Source: Tetramitus jugosus (Eukaryota; Protista; Heterolobosea). Taken from it: a DNA stretch of 64,000 bases. Below are positions 1-13,600 of the stretch, piece after piece. Under the pieces are notes generated by a model that worked only from the letters and a program-made list of their open reading frames with translations, had not been told where the DNA came from and did no database searches. The stretch is from positions 310,001 to 374,000 of the forward strand of contig OW569368.1 in the NCBI GenBank assembly GCA_937625935.1, in the 5' to 3' direction. The position numbers and the translations under genes are program-made. Position 1 is the first letter of the stretch. Each line of letters starts with the position of its first letter.

Positions 1-1244
1 CCGATCGCAATGCCAACAGAGGAGGTGCCTCCATGCTTGACATGGGTGACTTTTTGTCCTCTGGTTCTCAACAACAACAGCAACAGCAGCAACAAGCACC
101 ACCTAGTGATGATGACTTTTTTGGTGGTTTGGTGTCCAGTGTTGCATCCATGCCACAACAACAACAAAACAATCAACCATCATTGGATGACTTGTTTGGT
201 GGAATGGGCAGTGGTCAAATGATGAGCGGTGGAATGGGCAGTGGTGGTGCCAACATGATGGGTGGTGGCTATCAAGCACCTGCAAGACAAGCACCACAAC
301 AATCTGGAATGTTGAACATGGATGACATGTTTGGAGGTATGTCCAGTGCAACCACTAGCCCACCACCATCCGTCAACCTTGCCAGTGCTGCTGCCTCTAT
401 TGCTCAACAAAAGAGAGAAAATAGAGAGTTGAGTGGCAACAGTATTGATGACATGATTAGAAGCAACTCCATCCTCGGTTCCGAGATTATTCAATCCGAG
501 GAGGCTCATGCTGCAGCCCGCGAGTTCTTCAAGGATCTCATCTTTACTGACTCTGGTATTGTCATTGAAGACGCTCACTTGCAAGTCAAGGTGAAGATGG
601 AATTCCATGGCAACAAGGGCAGAGTTCAAGTCTTGTTCGGTAACAAGACTGATGAGCCATTGACTCAATTCAGATCCGAAGTTGGTGACCACCCATCTCT
701 CCAGACACAAGTGTCCAATGTTGCTCCACTGATTGCCAAGAAGACACAAGTCAAGCAATTCATTGAAGTGACCTGCTTGAGACCATTCAGAGATCCATTG
801 CAATTGACTCTCTTCTTCCAACACAACAGACAATTCTACCGATTCAATGTGTCATTGCCAGTTGTTTTGCACAAGTTTGTTGAGCCATTGAATCTGATTG
901 GTGGTGATGCATTCTTCCAACAGTGGAATCGCATTGAGAAGGGATCACCTCACGAACACCAGAGAGCATTCCGTCAAAACACCGCTCTCTATCCAACTAT
1001 TGACTCTGTGAAGCAATTGTTGAGAGAGGGAATGCATATGGGCGTGTTGGAGAATGTGGATCCAAATCCAAACAATTTGGTCTCCTGTGGCACCGTTGCC
1101 TGGAAAGGAGGTCAGGAAGCTGTTTTGATTCGTTGTGAATTGAACGCTCCAAAGCAAGCATTCAGACTCACGGTCAGAAGTGCAGATGTCACCGTAGGAA
1201 AAGAGATTCAAGACAGAATTGTGAACCGCATTGGTCTCTTATAA
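1..1244 (+). CDS. AP2A: AP-2 complex subunit alpha, C-terminal hinge and appendage (ear) domains; 5' end lies outside the window
   Basis: Low-complexity hinge (DDFFGG, LDDLFGG) followed by ear sequence DSGIVIEDAHLQVKVKMEFHGNKGRVQVLFGNK...LPVVLHKFVEP...FFQQW...LENVDPNPNNLV...RCELNAPKQAFRLTVRS, matching the alpha-adaptin appendage. Confidence 0.9.
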   Translation, partial: DRNANRGGASMLDMGDFLSSGSQQQQQQQQQAPPSDDDFFGGLVSSVASMPQQQQNNQPSLDDLFGGMGSGQMMSGGMGSGGANMMGGGYQAPARQAPQQSGMLNMDDMFGGMSSATTSPPPSVNLASAAASIAQQKRENRELSGNSIDDMIRSNSILGSEIIQSEEAHAAAREFFKDLIFTDSGIVIEDAHLQVKVKMEFHGNKGRVQVLFGNKTDEPLTQFRSEVGDHPSLQTQVSNVAPLIAKKTQVKQFIEVTCLRPFRDPLQLTLFFQHNRQFYRFNVSLPVVLHKFVEPLNLIGGDAFFQQWNRIEKGSPHEHQRAFRQNTALYPTIDSVKQLLREGMHMGVLENVDPNPNNLVSCGTVAWKGGQEAVLIRCELNAPKQAFRLTVRSADVTVGKEIQDRIVNRIGLL

Positions 1245-1320
1245 AACAACCAAACTTTCCATAAAGCTTTACACTGTATTTTCAATCTCTTCCCGTCGTC
1301 TGTTGAATAGATGAATTTTT

Positions 1321-3039
1321 TTATTCTGGGTATTGTTGTTCTTGTGGCTTAGCTCTAAATGTGCATTGCAGTGCTTGTGACTGCTCCCATTGCTCATCGT
1401 CCAACAACCAGAGGAATCCCTTGAAACTATAGAAACGTTTCATCTTGTTCTTCTTGCCGATGACCCAGTTGTTGTGCACGACGTGAATATTGGGAAAGTT
1501 GTTTTGAATGTTGCCACGTGCACCAAAGTACACTGCACCACTCGGATAAGACTCCATGGGTAGGTATTGCACTTTGAGATGTCCGCGATACTTGTTCAAC
1601 AGATCCTGCTCCGTCTCCACAGAAATGTTGTTGAGTATCTGGTGTGCGTGTTTCTCCGTCACGATATCCCATATCCGTTTCATGGTCCGCGTATTGTTCA
1701 AATAGAGAAATCCACCGCAAATGATGGTTCGGATGTGGAGACTCGCACTGGGTTCATCATTCTGTGCCACCAGATCCATTCCACTGTATCGACTGTGAAT
1801 AAAGTCGAGTGGACTGTGGAACCATATAGAGTCCGAATCAACGAGCAACACTCGATGATTCATGTGAAGAATTTTTCGAATGAACCGTGTGCGATGAACC
1901 ATCAACAATTGATAATCTCTCGTATCATACTTGAGATCCTTGTTATCATTATTATTGTTGTTCTTATTATTATTGTTGTTATTGTTCGTTGTGTCAGTGT
2001 GTCCATCGTTCAATGTAGTCGTAGTGGTAGTAGTGGTAGTCGTAGTAGTGGTGGTAGTAGATGACAAGTCATCAATGTACACATGAATGGGATTGACGTG
2101 ATACTTTTGAATGAGTTCATTACCAAATTCAGGATCAATCGTATAGATTAACAAGTGATTCAATGGTGGTTCAATTGTTGTGGATTGATGATGAATGGCA
2201 CTCAGTGAACACAACCAATTGAACAAGAGATTTTTGAATGAAGAGGTGGCAATCGTGACAATGACTTCATTGTTTGATGTCTTCAATTGATTGAGTTTGT
2301 ACTCTAGTGTTGATGTATAGTCTTTGATCATTTGTATATTCTTATGATTGTTATGATTGTTATTGTTGTTGTTATTGTTGTTATTGTTATTATTATTGTG
2401 GTTGTTGTTATTGTTATTATTCACATGTTGTGGTTGTTGTTGAGATGGTGTTGATTGTGTGAGAAAGGTTCCAAACGAATAAATGGAAGATTGTTCTTCA
2501 TTATTATCTTGTTGTTGTGATAATGATGATGGTAATTGTCGTATGATGAGTGATGATGGTGATGATGGTGATGATGAAGAATATTGCCGATACGTTCGTA
2601 CATGATACTGTTTCTTCCGTTGTTGTTGTTGTTGCTGTTGTAATTGCTGTAGTTCTGCTACTTGTTGTCTGTGATGAATAAATTCAAAGTAGTTGAGATG
2701 GGGTGATGAGAGATCAGAGTTGAACTGATAGGGATACACGAGATAGAATCGATAAACCAATACACCAAATGATATGCCAATAAACAGAATCATCAACAGA
2801 ATAGACAGTACGATGAGTGAGAACTTGTGATGATGGGTCATGTTGATATGATGATGATGATGATGATGAGACTTTGAATAAGGATTATTGTTGTTGTTGT
2901 GATTGTTGTTGCTATTCGAGTGGTGTTTCGCCTTTTTGATTGTCCAGTGAGTCATCCATTGACGGAACATGTTGCTGCATCGTAGTGCAATGGGAGTGGT
3001 AGATGATGTGGTGGTGGTAGTGGTAGTGGTTGTAGTCAT
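1321..3039 (-). CDS. Type II membrane nucleotide-diphospho-sugar transferase (GT77-like)
   Basis: Single N-terminal TM (FSLIVLSILLMILFIGISFGVLVY), LLFNWLCSL, DxD motif (VLLVDSDSIWFHSP), CGGFLYL, EQD and C-terminal VHNNWVIGKKNKMKR. First in-frame ATG is at 3039; the ORF track starts at a non-ATG codon. Confidence 0.8.
   Translation of the reverse strand: MTTTTTTTTTTSSTTPIALRCSNMFRQWMTHWTIKKAKHHSNSNNNHNNNNNPYSKSHHHHHHHINMTHHHKFSLIVLSILLMILFIGISFGVLVYRFYLVYPYQFNSDLSSPHLNYFEFIHHRQQVAELQQLQQQQQQQRKKQYHVRTYRQYSSSSPSSPSSLIIRQLPSSLSQQQDNNEEQSSIYSFGTFLTQSTPSQQQPQHVNNNNNNNHNNNNNNNNNNNNNNHNNHKNIQMIKDYTSTLEYKLNQLKTSNNEVIVTIATSSFKNLLFNWLCSLSAIHHQSTTIEPPLNHLLIYTIDPEFGNELIQKYHVNPIHVYIDDLSSTTTTTTTTTTTTTTTLNDGHTDTTNNNNNNNKNNNNNDNKDLKYDTRDYQLLMVHRTRFIRKILHMNHRVLLVDSDSIWFHSPLDFIHSRYSGMDLVAQNDEPSASLHIRTIICGGFLYLNNTRTMKRIWDIVTEKHAHQILNNISVETEQDLLNKYRGHLKVQYLPMESYPSGAVYFGARGNIQNNFPNIHVVHNNWVIGKKNKMKRFYSFKGFLWLLDDEQWEQSQALQCTFRAKPQEQQYPE
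2341..2421. repeat. (TTG/TTA)n trinucleotide microsatellite encoding poly-Asn in the glycosyltransferase
   Basis: Directly visible triplet repeat; the protein has N/H runs. Confidence 0.85.
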
Positions 3040-3520
3040 GATTATGATGATATCATTAGCAAGTGGTTGGAAGAGATTGTGAATATAAATAGAGGAGAGA
3101 ATATGTGTATGGTGTGGTGTGGAGTGGGGCGTTAGGATAGAACGAGTTGATGTGTGTTTGTGTTTGTGCTTTTGTTTTTTCCGTGAAGAGAGGGCGGTCA
3201 CCCAGAAGGAACAGAGAGAACTCCCTGAAGAAGGCACGGCAATCTGCTCCGGACGCCAAATCTCTCGCAGCTTTCTGCCGAAACAAATGGCGAATATTTT
3301 CAGGTTTTCCGTGTGACCTGCACTCTATTTTTCCATAGAGCCCAATTCTGGCGGGCAATCCTCGGGAAAGCGCAGAAATGTGTCATCCTCATTCTCCGAT
3401 TCCTTTGGACCCCTGAAATTGGTTGTCATCGTCGACATCAGAACAGCAGAGAAAAAACTCACACAAGCCACCCCAGAGGAAGAGAACCGCCAATCATTTT
3501 TTTTTCCTTCAATTGTACAA

Positions 3521-6500
3521 ATGGAAGAAGAACAACAGCAGTCATCAGTCGTGGATGACCATTCTTCACTGCCCTCACCCATCCAATCATCATCACCAAC
3601 CACAACCACAACAACAATCACAGATATTCCATGGGAACAACAACAACAACAACCAGACAATAACAACAATTATAACAACAATAACAACAATGGTAAAAAT
3701 CAAAATCCTGAAAAGGTGCTCGATGATGACGAAAGGCAATTATTGGACGATATTTTAGCCAATGCAGATGACACGGATGACGAAGAAGATGATGATGATT
3801 CAATAACCAATGATAGTCAACGCTTGACCAGTGAATCAGATCACAATAACAACAATCATAGTACTAAAAACAACAACAACAACAATAAGGATGAGAGTGA
3901 TGATGATGATGATGGTACGGACAAGGATGGTATCAATAGTAGTCATAGTAGTAGTAGTAGTAACACTAGTGATGAGCATGATGACAATGATGAAAAGAAG
4001 AACAATCAAAAGAAGAAGCAAAAGAAGAAGAAGAATACAACTAGTCCTAATATCGTTGTTGATTCATTGACCACTCAGCAGACAAAACAGGAGCCCAATG
4101 TCTCACCATCATCTAATATGACTACTACTATTACCCCTACTACTGCTGCTACTACTCATCATAATAATCTTGTGCAGAATCAACATCGGAATCAAAAAGG
4201 CCTGAGCAATAGTTTTACGAGCAGTCACATGATTCATGATCACTTTCAGCAGAAGAACAAGGATATCAGTTTGAGAACAAGTGCTACAAAGGCTACAGCA
4301 ACTACAACAAGGACTCGTGCTGATTACAATAGTGACAATAGCAATAATAATAGTAGTGGTGGTAGTAGCAGTAATAGTCAGAAGCAGCCATTTGTGCCCG
4401 TCAATCGTCAAAGTCAATCCTTTCATCCATCGTTGATGTCACGCAGAGTTCAATCGACAAGGTCAAATGACACTCCTGCAAATCACAATCAAAATGTCAG
4501 TAAAAAAAATCAAGTCGACGGTGGCGGCAAAAAAGATTTGAGCAAATTGGACAGTGATTACATTTTCCTGGAAGGATACTTGTTAAAGGAGGGATACAGG
4601 ATCAAGAGCTGGAGAAACAGATGGTTTGTTGTCAAGAAGCACCTCGTGCAATACTATAGCAAGAAGGGTGGTGCTCTCAAGGGTGAAATCCAAACATTGG
4701 GCACTGTGATTAAGCCTTGTTATGAAAAAAAGTTGAAGCACTGTTTCAAGATTGAGACAAGCAATGACAATAACAGAACATGGTACATTCAGATACCATC
4801 TGTTAAATCATCTGCCAAGTCTCACTCGCATGCGAGCGAGTACATGAACAAGTGGATTCAGGCAATTGTTACATTTGGTGGAGCCACCTATGGTGGTGAT
4901 GATGCAAGTGGCGATGAGAAGCACGGGCAAGATACCAGTGGTGGTGATGCTACTCATCATGGATCTCCCAGCAACAACAGAGTCAAAGAGTCATCTCCTT
5001 CAGCAGTGGCAACACGTCATCGCAACAATAGCACGACTAACAGTACTGCCACTAGCAGCAATAGTGAAACGAGTGACAGTGAGAAGGACAGTGATAAAGA
5101 TGAGGATGATAGCTTCGATAGTTCATTGTCTTCTGATAGCGATGGACCACTGAGAAGAGGAACCAAGCAGAGCAAGAGTGCAGCGCGCAAGAATCGCAAT
5201 AACAAGGGCAGAGAACACAACACATCTGTTTTCTCGACCATCGATGCTGATGACTACTATGGAGGTGCCAGCAGTGTTTACTATGATGATGATGATGACG
5301 ATGACGACATGCTGGGAGATGGTATTTATCGCTCAGACGATGAATTATGGGACATGCTTCAAAATTCTCGACAAACAGTGAATCGAACTCGCTCAAATCG
5401 CTCAAAAGCAAACAAGGCTCAACCATCGAGAGCCAACACGAGCAATCAAGCAAAAAATTTTTCCAATGTAACAAAGAATACCGAGGATCATGTCTCTGTT
5501 GTGTCCTCTGGTAGTGCAGTAGCTCTATCTACGACCGAAGATTTGTTTAATTATTTTGCAAGCACTTCAGAGAAGCAACAAGCGGTCAGGCAGGAGACAC
5601 ACACTTTGCCACCAGTCTTAACCGATGGTGAGGCGCAACAGTTGAGAGGACCAAGGACACCATTTGGAGACATTAGTATTTTGGCAAAGAACGAAACAAA
5701 GACTTCCAAGTTGGATGTTGAGGAGTTGAAGCATCATATGCGCAAACAAAAGTTTATCAATACTTTTTCAGAGGATATGGGGGATGAGGACGGATCAGGG
5801 TATGAATCCGATGGTACATCAAATCAAATGTTTGTTCGTGATTTGATTATTGATGAAGACGAGGAAACTGCTTCACTCAGGACTTCTGGCTCCTTCACAA
5901 GTCGAGGCAGCTCAGGGAAGAGCAAGGGTATTTTGGCCCTGTTTTCACAGAATTATCATCATCCTAAACTATGGATGAGACTGCTTGTGATCATATCAGG
6001 ATTCTTGTTCTTTCTCGCTGTTTCCATTATGATATTCCTGAGAGCTGATATGTCATTCAGTCGCAAGGTGTTTACAAAGGAGGAAACTTATGTGGTATCT
6101 CACATTGATCAAGCAATTCAACCAGTCAAGTTTCTGTTCGGTCAATCCATTTCTATTGTAACATTAATGGAGACTTCTCTCTCCGAGAGTGGTGCTTTTA
6201 TGTATAGAGCCATTTATGAGAACACTGCCTTTAAGAGAGTATCTGCTGTGAGTCCATTGCTTGAATCAAAGGCTTATGTCGGTAGAGTTCTTCAAATGGG
6301 CTCTTACACATCCATTTTGTTTGCTGTCATTGCTTCTCTTGTTGGATCAGCTCTCATTAGTAAGTAGGAGGCTTTCTTTCTCTAGTATCATTGTTTCTTT
6401 CATGCAATTTTTTATCTGACATATATTTGTTGTATAGGTGGATTGCCAAGAGGTGATTGGATGCACGGTTTCATGAGAACTCCCTTTTTCCTGTTTGAAT

Positions 6501-7578
6501 TCCTATCATTGAATTTTGAAAGTAGTCTGCTTGGTATATTACATTGGTGGCAATGGCTCATATTGAATGTGGTGGCATGTGGTGGATATTTTGCACTCTT
6601 TTTTGCATTGAAGGCAACAAATGTAACTTCCCTGCTCTCAAGTTCAATTTCATATGAGAGTTATGCATTTGTTCATTTTGTGCTTTGTTTCACAGCGGTA
6701 GTCTTCACCTCTCGCTACAAAACCAAGTAAGTACTATGCATATATTTTTTCCATCCACTGTTTTCTCATTTAACTAAACTAACTGATGTTGATTGCTTAT
6801 AGGTATGATGCCGGCAGCTTCCAGCAGGATAAGTACACAGTGTCTCGGTACCTCAACTATTCTTCTTACATTCTATTATTGAACATTATTCCTTGTACCA
6901 TCCAAATTGTATGTAAGATGCTAACGATTTGTTGTGCCGTAGTTGTCAAATATAACTCTATTTTCTTTAATTTAGATGTGTGGAATTGTTGTGAAGCAGA
7001 AACTGCCAGAGTTTTCATACGATACGTATTCAAAGTACATGGCCATCACCACGCTATTCACACTGATGGGAGTCAAAATGAATCAGTCAATGATATTGAG
7101 CATTGGTACTCGATACGTCAAACAACTTATGTTCCGAACTTATATCCAATTTATGTTCAAATGTTTGGTTATGTTTGTTGTGCACACTGGTGTCCTTGTT
7201 GGATTATTCTTTTCTCTAAATGTTGAAAGAAATGCCTATTTTGCTGGAATTACCTGGGGAATGATCATTAGTTCTATTCTGTTGAATATGTACCAGAGCT
7301 TCTCGTTGAATTTTGAGAATTATGCGTTTATCTCATGGGTATCAGTTTTGGCAAGCACGTGTATCACTCTGCCAGCTGTTCTTGTTTCCCTTTTGAAGTT
7401 CTCTTCCATCAGAGGCATTTTCTTTGGATTTATGATATCAAATATCGTACAAACGATCGTTATTGCTGTCGTTGTTCACTTCTGGGATATGAGAGATTTG
7501 AAGATTGTATGGTTAGAAATGAGCGCAAAAAGAAAGGTCAACCAAGAGTCAGCTTCATTGATTGATCAGAACGAGTAG
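3521..7578 (+). CDS. PH-domain protein fused to a C-terminal ~12-TM MATE/MOP-like membrane domain; exons 3521-6359, 6438-6726, 6803-6908, 6976-7578 (~1278 aa)
   Basis: PH motif EGYLLKEGYRIKSWRNRWFVV...WIQAI. Three GT-AG introns (6360-6437, 6727-6802, 6909-6975) join four ORFs in frame. The last TM region GIFFGFMISNIVQTIVIAVVVHFWD resembles the MATE C-terminus. Confidence 0.75.
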
Positions 7579-7692
7579 CGACTGTTGTATTTTATCTACC
7601 GGCAATAAACCTTATTCTCTGTGGTGAGCCATGGATTCCACAAATATTCTAGGCTAGGAATGACAGTGTTGTGATACTGGTATCAAAACTAT

Positions 7693-10600
7693 TTATTTGT
7701 ACGATGCAAGATTCCGTTTTACGAAGTTCGGGCGTTGCATGCCATCGCGTTGTTTCAGCACGCTCACTGTACTGACTTTCAATTTGTTTTCAATGCGACT
7801 CTTTTTCACCTTTGGAGCAATATACTTTGGTAGGACGCCTCTCACTTCGTATCTCCATTGCATTTCCTCGGTATCAATCACCAGAATTCCCAGAGGTACT
7901 TTTCCGTAATAATTTGCAGCGAAGTTAACAATGAATTGAGTACCATCTGCTCCATAAGGAGTCAACATTCCCTTACCAGGTTGTACGGAAAACACTGATG
8001 GACTGGCAAGAGTGAAGTATGCCTCAAATGCAGCAGGCTCTGAAAATATGTTGGTCAATCGAAACCCAACCTTTTCTGTACTACCAATGATACTTTGTAT
8101 CTCGATTGTATCATCAATCTCCGGTGTTGTAGCCTCCAAAAGAAGTTCGTACTTGAACATTCCCCCACCTTGTTTTAGAATAATCAGGTTAGCAGTGCCT
8201 ATGAGTGGTCGTAGAGGGGCGAATTCGACTTTTAAGAAGATGTGCTTCTTGTCTGTGAGAGACATCTTGTCGTCCCCGATGCTGTTCATTCGGTTACTGT
8301 TATGGCTACCCATCCTCACTTCGGTTACTGTTATGGCTCGCTTGATCGCTTTGATATGATCCTGATTCTCCGGTACAATTACTTCATACTTGAATGAATC
8401 TTCAGTTGCGTCTTCGTAATGTACTTTCAGGTTTGGTTTTCCTCTCGGGTTAGAAGAAGGAGAAAAGTGATTTTCTTCTTGTGTGATGCGAGTTACTGAT
8501 CGAGTTGATAAGCTTGGAGTTCCCGAAAATGGATGAGATATCAGATCTTCGTTCTCTAAAACACTGGGAACAGATATTTGGATCACTTTCTCCACAATAG
8601 TTCGAGCTTGGCATTTGAATGAAAAAGTTTCAGTCGTGACTGCCTCAGCAACACCAAGGAGCGGATACTTCCATGAGATTTCTTCCCCAACTATGCTAAC
8701 AATAATGTATGCCTGGTACTCTCTCATAATGAGAGGAGTAAATGTGAATGGTATCTGAATTGTTGAAAAAGGATTTAACAAAGTACCGTTCTTATGCTTA
8801 ATCATAAGCTTGAACACCTTATGCTTCTGAGTGGAAGATGTGTTCGTTGAACGGGCAGACATTACTACCTGAATAGTAGAATCATCCATAACAAGGGATA
8901 TCGATATCTTTTTAGGGATAGGAAATGGATTGCGGAAGGATAGAATTGAACTTTGAGTCCTGAGAACTTGCCCTACTACCTTCTTTACTTCCATGTCAGA
9001 TGGCTGTTGACCAGAACCAGAGCAGCTAAATATCCAATCTCCGATCAGAGGATTATATATCCTTATTGCACCCTTCTCAACGATATCTATCGAGGAAGGA
9101 TAGTAGAGAACTTGAAGCTTGAGAGAGTCTGAAGGGGGTAATACAATTGCTGAAGGAAAAACAGCAAAGTTGTTTGGGTTCTCGATATCAACTAACATCT
9201 TCATCGGTTCGGTTGATGGATTTTTAATCTCAACTTCATAGCTTGCACTTCTTCCTATTGGACAAGAGAAAGATGGAATAATAACAGGAGGTGACTCCTC
9301 AGCAATTAGGTCGAGTTCATACCAGAACTCTCCTATATCCGGGTTATAAAATGATATCGATCCGCATGAAGTCCCTACTTGAAGAGGAGAGAAGGTCAAC
9401 AAGTATTCAACTGTCTCATTGGGTTGTATCGTGAGGAGCTTATTACCATCAAGAAATTTTCCAGAGTAGTTCACAATGTAGTCTATCGGAAAACTGTGAG
9501 TGTTTCGTATTGGAATGCTCAAAGTGGTGAATTCTCGTATGATGGATTTCATTACATGTTTACTCTCCGGCGCTGATCTATGAGAAGTCACTTCGATACT
9601 GTACCATATATACTCTCCATCTGGTGCTGTAAAGGTTAGTCTACCAGAGTAGCTCCCCCCAAGCGGAGGGCATACGCAAAGTTTGTACATTCTCTCCTTC
9701 GTGTTAGTTTCATTGATATTGTGATTGGCTAACGATGGGCTTATTGATCTCTCCTTTCGAAGCGGTCCTACAGGATGAGTTGGATTTCCAGTGATAAATG
9801 GGATATCTATGGAACATTTATACACTATACTGCCTCGATTATCCGATATATTAGGAGGGTCTACATAATAAAATACCTGCTCTCGAGCATTGCAGCTAAT
9901 CTGAATTTTTCCTTCGACCAAGGGATCATCAACCTTTCCTCGCAGTGTATAGACAAATTTTTCTAAAGTATCAGAGTTTGATAGGGACAAACTTCCTTGA
10001 TTTTTTCCAGTTTTCCTTGGATTGTAACTGAGGGGATATGCTATACATGAGTTAGGTGGGATTCGAAGTTCACTTGGTCCCAGGAAATAATCGCCACAAA
10101 GCGCAGCTTGGATGGTCCAGAAATTGCTCGTTCGATTGTTAATAGGAATTTCTTGAATTACTCTTTGCCTCACTGGAACGCTAAATTCGATTTCAGATTT
10201 AATTCCTGGAGAAATTCCTTTTCCTGAGATAGTATACAACCGAATATCAAAGTCGTTAAAAAGTATTACGTCACAGGGATAGATACCAGTTACCTTAGGT
10301 GAAAACAAGATTCTCAATTCAGGTAGAGGCGCCTTTTTGTTAAGGGTGATGCTATTAGGTCCAGAATAGAAAGGAGACGAATATTCGACCCTAAAATTCA
10401 CTTGTTCTTGATCTGGTATTGGAACAATTGATCTGCCAATTCGATAATTCTTATATCTCTCTTTCAAATACACTATTGCCTTATCCACCGAATAGTTAGT
10501 CATTGTTGGTTGAATGATCACCTCCTGAGTCTGATTACTTTCAGTTCGAACTTCTAAATGCTGAATTGGTTCGGGAAGCTTCGATTGGGCCTTAATACAA

Positions 10601-13600
10601 TACATAAACTCACCGACATTCTGATCACTGAACAAGATAATACACTCGTAAGTACATCGAGTGATGAAAGGGAGATATTGTAACATGATCTTCTTCTTCT
10701 CTCCCCTTTTCAGAGGCAAGAAATCGGTCGTACACCAAAAGGCCTCGGGTACTGTAGACGTAGGCTGGTCACCTTTTTTGATTGACTGTTTGAGTGTTAC
10801 TGTAAATTGACAATTTTTGTCAAATGGGTTCTCTACTTCCAGTTCAATTTTCCTATTCTCATACACAATATTTGACACTTCGATGAGTTTTTGGAATCGT
10901 TCAGCAATTACATTAGTCCTCAGATTGAACACCATTGTAGCTGGATTGAAAGCTCCAGATCTTTTTGCCTGGAATGTTAGTCGAGCCTCGATTGGAGTGG
11001 AAAATTTAGGTGTGACATCTATTTGGAAGTTGTGTTTGGCCTTTGGCTTCAACGTTAATTTATCCTCCAATAGGATAAACGCCTTTGATCCTTCCAGAAA
11101 GACATTATACTCGATTAAATTTTTTGTGGGGTTGGTCATTTCTATATGTTTTGTTATTTTCTCTTGTAGATTTCCTGTAAATTCGACGGTTGTCTTAGGA
11201 ATGTACTGAGGAAGGGTTTGATATAGATAGACACAAAATAGTAGACTCTCTCTCGGATTAGCCGATAAAATATCATTGGTAGACACCACATAATCGAGTC
11301 GTGCTTCATTGAGAGCTGATACAATCAAGGACGCATTGTGTTCGAAATCACTTGGTTGATTAGGTTTTGAAATAAAACTTTCAAGTTTGTGACTAACATA
11401 AGGGATATGATTGAGAACTAGAGAGGCAAAAACCTTTCCGTCTCGAAGATCTTGTCCGAAATTGGTTACTCTTACTTCCTCGTCAGTGGGAAATTGCTTA
11501 TTCAGGTGAAAGGTCATCCATTTCAAAATAATGTTTTCTGCAGTTCCATAAACATTGCTGCCTGAAAATGCAACCTCAGGACCAGAAAATATTTCCTCAG
11601 ATAATCCCTTGGCTTGTCTTAGATTGATTCTACTCAGCTCAAAAACTTTGATAATTTGATACAGCACTGTTAACCAAGCTTCGACAGATCTATACCGGAA
11701 TTTTTTTTCTGTCATTCTTTTGTGAGAATGATAAGAATTAGGAAATCCTGGGTCAGTAGTTAACTTCTGAAATTCTTCATATGAGAGTAAGAATTCAGGT
11801 CTCACAGAATTTAACAATGCTCCATATGCCTTCAAAAAATTAAGTAACTCCTCATAGTGAATGTAAAGAGTTCTGATTGCTTCAAGTTTGCTTGCTGACA
11901 CCTTTGTTGGTCTCGATGGCGGTCTTTTCCCAGATAGATATTCTATTATGTCATACACTATTCCACCACTGGAGAAAATGATAGTTTTCATTAAATCATC
12001 CACAGGATTTGACAAAATGCTGACATTTAACCAATTTAGAAGTCGATCAATATTTTTCTTGCTATAAAGTTGCCTTAAAGGAGCATCACTAGTTGTGTGA
12101 ACGGAAAGACTTGTAGTTGTAGTATTTCCAGAATAAACCGAGAGTCGCGAAGAAAGAGCGTCATCTTCTCTTGTTATCTCGCTCCTCTCCTTCAAAACTA
12201 AGGTCACGGGCTTATTTTTTTGAGCTTCCAATCTGTAGATATCTCTATTATTGGCCAGGTAGGGATAATTTGTCAACAAGCAATTGTCTGACATACAACT
12301 GACACGTAGACTGTATTTGTTGCCATCATTGTCAAAGAAGTCTATCTTGGAAGTGAAGGATATGGGTTTCGAGGAACAAAATGTCAACTCCACTGGAATC
12401 TGGGTTTTTGTCGCAGTTAATTGTGTACCTTCAGGAAACAATAGTTTGATTGGAATCTTGGAAGTATCGATGGGTAAGCGGTGTTTTACGTCCAATCGCT
12501 CATATCCATCGTTGATTATTGTGAATACTTGGACTATTGGAATGTTCAGAGGTACAACAGGTAGAACTAACTCGGGAATATCGAAAGTTAATGCAGGATC
12601 AGCACCGATACCCATAAGTTGAATCTCAAAGTAACTCTTTTCTATTTCCTTGTCTAAAAATATAGGCAAGATGCAAGAGTACGTTCGCTTCTCTCTGGGC
12701 GTAAAATATATTAGCGCTTGGATTGTTTGACCTGGATTCAGGAATCCAGAGACAGGTTCCATCCAAAAATTTGGATCATCAAAGTTTCCTTTTCTCCATT
12801 CCAACTGAACTGAATCTTCGTTCGTAAAGGTGACTATACTCCTGTGAGGAAGAACTCTAGATTGCTCTAAAATTACTACTCTCTTTCCAAAATCCACAAC
12901 ATGATGAGATGTGATTAATCGAGGCTTGATAGCTCTAGCTCTTACCTCTCGATTAAATCCCATCATTGAAGGAGGAACTCCAGCTAAACTAAGTGCTAAT
13001 GTGAACTTATAGGAGTTAACTGACCGAGGTTTAAAAATAATATAGAATAGAAGACTGCTATTCGGTTCAACAGTGAGCTTGTATCTCCGGGATTCCTTCC
13101 TATCACCCTCCCCGTCGCTCAAAGAATCTAATCCATCTTCTGATCTACATTCATCGCCAGTGTCTGATGATTCAGGAGAATCGATGGTAATAGGTTCATC
13201 TCTATCCGTGGATTCTGTTACTGCTATCCCCTTTTCGTTTGCTATGTGGAAATCAGAGTAGTGGGAAAAATCCAGAAAGAGTACTGCAGGTATAGAACCT
13301 CCCACATTCTTGAATGTGATCTGACTCTTAGCGGATGAACCAACAAAAACATCACCAAAATTCAACAACCCTCCATCCATCTCCACCATCGGTATTTTTG
13401 CTTCACCAATGATAGGAACCTTCAAACTTCGCCCTCCTCTCACATTAATGAGGAGGTTCAGATTAATATTCTGGGCAGAGCTAGGACAAATTTCTAACAA
13501 TAATTTTTGAGTTGAACCTGCGGTCACTCTTCCCCTCATAGGTGTAATCTTGATATCAGCTACAGTGTCTATGTTGAACACAGCAGCATTCTCACTCACA

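Noticed and set aside
3040-3520. ORF-track N-terminal extensions from GTG/TTG starts (also 16746, 23310, 26701, 38230, 53500)
   Set aside because: This is a eukaryotic locus; the extensions run through CA-rich leaders and promoters, and a downstream ATG fits better.
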